Positions 58,480 through 64,000 of a stretch of DNA of 64,000 nucleotides are shown here, in pieces. The notes beneath the pieces are model-generated. The model made no database searches, was not told the DNA's origin, and was given only the letters and a program-made list of their open reading frames with translations. Both the position numbers and the translations under genes were made by a program. Each line of letters begins with the position of its first letter. Position 1 is the stretch's first letter. Origin of the DNA: Rebecca billardiae RCC1528 (lineage: Eukaryota > Protista > Haptophyta); NCBI GenBank assembly GCA_965240325.2, contig OZ251241.1, forward strand, positions 62,001 to 126,000. Direction: 5' to 3'.

Positions 58480-61265
58480 GCTGGGGCGCGCGCTCGAGGG
58501 TGCTGCGCGCGGCCGAGGGCTTGCCCGCGAGCACGCGCACGGGCGCGCTGAGCACGGTGCGCGCGAGCACGCGCGGCGTGCGCGCGCCACCTCCGCCGTC
58601 GCCGCCGCCCGCCTCCGCGAGGCTGTGCGCGCGCAGCACCAGATTGTAATCTCCCGCGTGCGAGGGCGCGGCCAGCGTGAGCACAAACTCGTACGGCCGG
58701 CGCGAGGGCGCGCCGTCGAGCGGGCCGAGGGAGAGCACCTCGGCGTCGGGCGCGGGCTGCATCGGCTCGGGCTCGGGGCGCGGCGCGACGCCGTGCGCCG
58801 CCGAGCTCGGCGCGAGCTCGGCCGCCGAGCCCGCGCACCGCCGCACCGCCGGCGCGGCAGAGGCGGGCCGTTGCGCGCCGCGCGCGCCGCCGCCCGCCGC
58901 GGCCGCGGCCCCCGCCGCGTCCGCCGCGCGCGGCGGCGCGCGCAGCAGCGTGGCGGAGAGCACGGCCACGCCGGCCGCCGAGCTGCCGCCGTCGCTCGGC
59001 CGACCGTCGGCGTCGCGCCCGACGAACCGAATCGCCACGGCCGAGCCCGCGCTCAGCAGCAGCCCCGGCCCCGGCGGCGGCTGCGGCGGCTGCGGCGACT
59101 GAGACGGTCGCGCGGCCGCGCCGGCCGGCGGCGCGTGCGGCGGCGGCGGCGGCGGGATGAGCGAGCGGAGGGCGGAGTCGGGCAGCGCGCCCGGCGGCAG
59201 GGTGCGCGGCAGGTTGCGCGCGCGAGCGTACGCGGCTGCCCCCGTCTCCTCCTCCTCCACCGCCGCAGCCACCGCCGCCTCCAGAGACGCCGCCGCCGCC
59301 GGGCCTGACGCGCCCTCGCCGCCGCCGCGCGCCGCGGCCGGCAGCAGCCGCGGCGTGACGGCGGAGACGGCGGCGATGTGCAGCGAGTGCACGGGGCGCG
59401 GCGCGGGGCGGAACCTGCGGGGCGCGGGCGGCGGCGGGCGGGCGCGGGGCCGCACACGGGGCGCGCGCCGCGGGCGTCAGCGCCGCTCGCGCCGACGCGC
59501 GGTGCTCGGCAGCCGGCCGCGGCGCCGCGCCGCGCGCGCTGTGGCGCGGGCGCGCCCTCGCGCGCGCCCGCGCTCGCGCGGCGCGCGGCGCGGCGCCGGT
59601 GCGACCCCGCGCGCGGCTGGCTGTGTGGCTGCGCGCGCGCGCGCGCGCGCGCGTGCGCGCGCGTGCGGCGCGCACCACAGGGACACCCACAGCGGCGGCG
59701 GCGGAGGCTCGCCCAGATCGGGCGCCGCGCGGCCAGGGCTGAGCACGGCCGCGGCGCCTTCTCGCGCGCGCAGCGCCACGCGCAGCCAGGCAGCGCCCAC
59801 CGGCTCTGCGCTGCCTGCGCGAGCCGCGCGTGGGCCGCGCGGGAGGCCGCGCGCGCAAGGGCGGGGAGGCGCGCACGGGGGGCGGGGGGCAGGTGAGCGC
59901 GCGCGCGCGCCGCGGCCGGCGCGCGACGTCGCGCGGCGCGCGGGGTGCCTGCCGCCTGCCGCGCGCACACGCACGCGCACGCGCGCACACGCGCACACGT
60001 GCGCGCACCTCGGCTGGCCGCGTGGCCGTTGTAGCCGCCCTTGCCGAGCTCGAGCAGGTAGCTGCCGTCGCCCATGTCCGTGACGCGCGGCCGCGCGCCC
60101 ACCACGGTGGGCTGCGCCGGCGGCGCGCGGCCCTCGGCCGGTGGGGCCGCGCCGGCTGCGGCCGCGGCATCCGGCTCAGACTGGGCGTGCGCGTGCGCGG
60201 CGTGCGCGTGCGCGGTGCCGTCGGGAGCCTTGGCGCCCGCACGCGCGGCGCGGGGCAGCTGCACGGTCGCGCTGAGCTGCAGCCCGCCCTTGCCCAGCCT
60301 GTTGCCGTACCGGTCGGTGGCCACCAGCCGACAGCTCTCGCGCCCGCCGGGCGCGAGGGCGTGGCTGCGCGCCGCGCGGGCGCGGGGTGGCGGGCTCGCG
60401 TGAGTCGGAGCGCGCGGGAGACGCGGCGCGCGCTGCCGCCGCGCGCGCGCCGCGCACCTGCCCGGCGGCGCGTGTGCGTCCGCCCGGTCCTCCGCCTCCT
60501 CGCGCGGCGCGGCGCTGCCTGCGCCCTCGGCGCGCCCCTCCGCCGGCTCCCACTCGACCTCGAACGAGGGCGGGTGCGGCGCGGCGGGCGAGATCACGAC
60601 GATGGCGGAGTGCACGCGCTCCGACGTGAGCAGCCTGCGCCGCCGACGACGCGCGGCGTGAGCGCACGCGCGCGCGTGAGCGCGCCGGGCGCACGCGTGC
60701 TGTGGTGTCGTGGCGTGCTGTGCTGTGGCGTGCTGTGCTGTGCTGTGCTGTGCTGTCGTGTCGTGGTGTGGCGTGCTGTCGTGTGCTGTGATGTGCCGTG
60801 CTGTGCGCTCACCTTGTGAGCACGAGCTCGTACGTGCCGGCGCGCTCGACTTCGAAGGCCGCCTCGACGCGCGAGTCGCGCCGCGCGGCAAACGAGCCGC
60901 GGTACGCCACGGGCGGCGAGCCGCTGAGCGAAGTGAGCAGCAGGCTGCGGCCGCGCGACCGTGGCGCGTGCCGAGGCGTGCCGTGCGAGCGGGCGGCGGC
61001 GGCGCGCGAGGCGCGCGCGGGCACGGGAGGGCGAGGCAGCTCAGCGCGCGCGGGAGCAAAGCGAGCCGTCTCACCACGCACCGCGCGCGCGCGCGCGTCA
61101 GCCGTGCCCGTCGCGCGCGCACCTGAAGTGCTCGCCGGGCATGCAGTGCTCGGTCGGAATCACAATCACCGAGCGCTCGCCTGCGACACGCGTGTGCTGC
61201 ACCGCGTCCGGCCGGACGTGGCCGTAGCCGGAGCGCACCTCTTCGGCCTCGAACGACAGAGGCAT
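52531..61265 (-). CDS. Large multi-exon filamin/ABP280 Ig-repeat protein with low-complexity inserts
   Basis: Repeated filamin-type motifs: ATDRYGN..GG, VTDMGDGSY, LRDAHGN, SARDGAG..GGEAFRV, SDHADGTY, CSAAGPGL, GEHIHRSPFKV. Start MPLSFE at 61265 is inferred. Confidence 0.75.
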
Positions 61266-61572
61266 GGCCGCCGCACCGAGCGCGCCGCGGCGTCGGAGCT
61301 CGGGGCGCGCCCGCTCGCTCGCCGCCGCCCGCGCGGTCGGAGCAGGTCCAAAAGAGCCGCCGCGCTATCCAGTCCTCAAAGGAGTGCGGGTTGGTTACAG
61401 GCCGAACGTGCGGCCACGACTCGCTATCTGAACATACTGTCTTTGGGTGGGGCATTGTACCCACTCCGGGAATGTGCCCGGACCAAGGACCCTCATCATT
61501 GCACCCCCATTCTGGTCAGTGGTCGGCATCCCGAAGGTCGCGTCAGCGCGTGCTCTGTCTCGTCGGGCGACA

Positions 61573-61978
61573 ATGGGTGAGCCTCGCTACAACGGCGCGT
61601 ACGTCGTGGACATGCCGGATCCAGCGGAGGATCCGTCGGAGCAGATCGAAAAGGACTGCCACACCTCGTGCGTCTCGGCGTGGGAGCAATATCAGGCGTG
61701 CGCAAAGCGCATCGAGGACAAGCCGGACGGCCACTGCACGGGGCAGTACTTGGACTACTGGCACTGCATCGACAAGTGCTCGGCAGGTGCGCGCCGCGCG
61801 CTGGCGCGGCGGGCTAGCGCGGGCTCCTCCGACCGCGGCCCCGCTGGCCGCCGCTCGGGCGCGCCCGCCGCGTGCCCTGCCGCGCCCGGCGGCGCGGCGC
61901 TGCGCCTCACCCCGACGCGCACGACGCGCGTGGATGCCGCGCGCAGACAAGAAGTTCGCGCTGACGAGGGGCGCCTGA
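61573..61978 (+). CDS. QCR6: Cytochrome bc1 hinge subunit (QCR6/UQCRH)
   Basis: DPSEQIEKDC..C..AWEQYQACAKRIE..HCTGQYLDYWHCIDKC; intron 61787..61946. Confidence 0.93.
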
Positions 61979-62443
61979 GCCCTGCAGCGCGCGAGCTCGC
62001 TCGCTCTGCCAGCTGCTCGGCCCTGCACCCTCGCATCTCGGCGCAGCCCGGCTCCAGGCAGGGTCCCACTGCGATCGTGCGCAGTGGGACGCGGGCCACG
62101 CGGCATGGGTCGGCAGCATGGACGGCGACTGCTCAGACCGCCATCACTCGCCAGTCGACCGGGATGCCAGCTCGCGCCGCACGCGGCTGGAGGATGGCCC
62201 GGACGGACGACCGGCGTCCGGCGAGGCCGAGAAGAGTCAGCGCAGTCCATAACTTCATCATCCGAACTGCCGCCTGCCGCCGCGCCCGCGCTGCCCGACG
62301 GCGACTCGCCGACAGTCAGACGTCAGTCGACGACGACGTCGTCATCGCTCATCATCATCTGGACATCAGGTAGTTCATCGCGTCATGCCGCTGCTGCGTG
62401 TACGTACAGCGCGCGCATATACATATATGCGCGCGCATAATCA

Positions 62444-64000
<1,557 letters not shown>

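Noticed and set aside
318-59308. Many long Arg/Ala/Gly-rich ORFs (e.g. 6025..8445, 32251..35079, 55463..59308, 55779..60242)
   Set aside because: Off-frame or antisense shadows of real genes, caused by the scarcity of stop codons at high GC

Overview
Very GC-rich, gene-dense eukaryotic nuclear DNA with short GC-rich spliceosomal introns, both GT-AG and GC-AG. The style (GC donors, ubiquitin-NiSOD fusion, Mfd with a signal peptide) points to a haptophyte alga, possibly Pavlovales/Diacronema; this is inference only. Recognisable genes: retinoblastoma-related protein, Mfd-like helicase, eL37, PheRS alpha, ATP11, PAN3, an acylated adenylate-kinase-like protein, a membrane-anchored subtilisin, an atypical (CYP74-like) P450, PAT1 with an RRM, TM9SF, COX11, a large filamin-repeat protein, QCR6 and ubiquitin-NiSOD. 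Most other long Arg/Ala-rich ORFs in the track are antisense or off-frame artefacts. The most unusual part is a nested transposon island at about 16.06-28.4 kb. It holds a 5'-truncated non-LTR retrotransposon whose ORF reads RNase H - Zn-knuckle - OTU-like protease. That ORF is interrupted by a 4.25-kb TIR element with an exact 9-bp TSD, which carries host-gene fragments and a ~380-bp foldback. Next to it are two further nested TIR elements with captured fragments and an AT-rich 105-bp palindrome. Another non-autonomous TIR element lies at 37.7-39.6 kb. All calls were made by eye from motifs, with no database searches.
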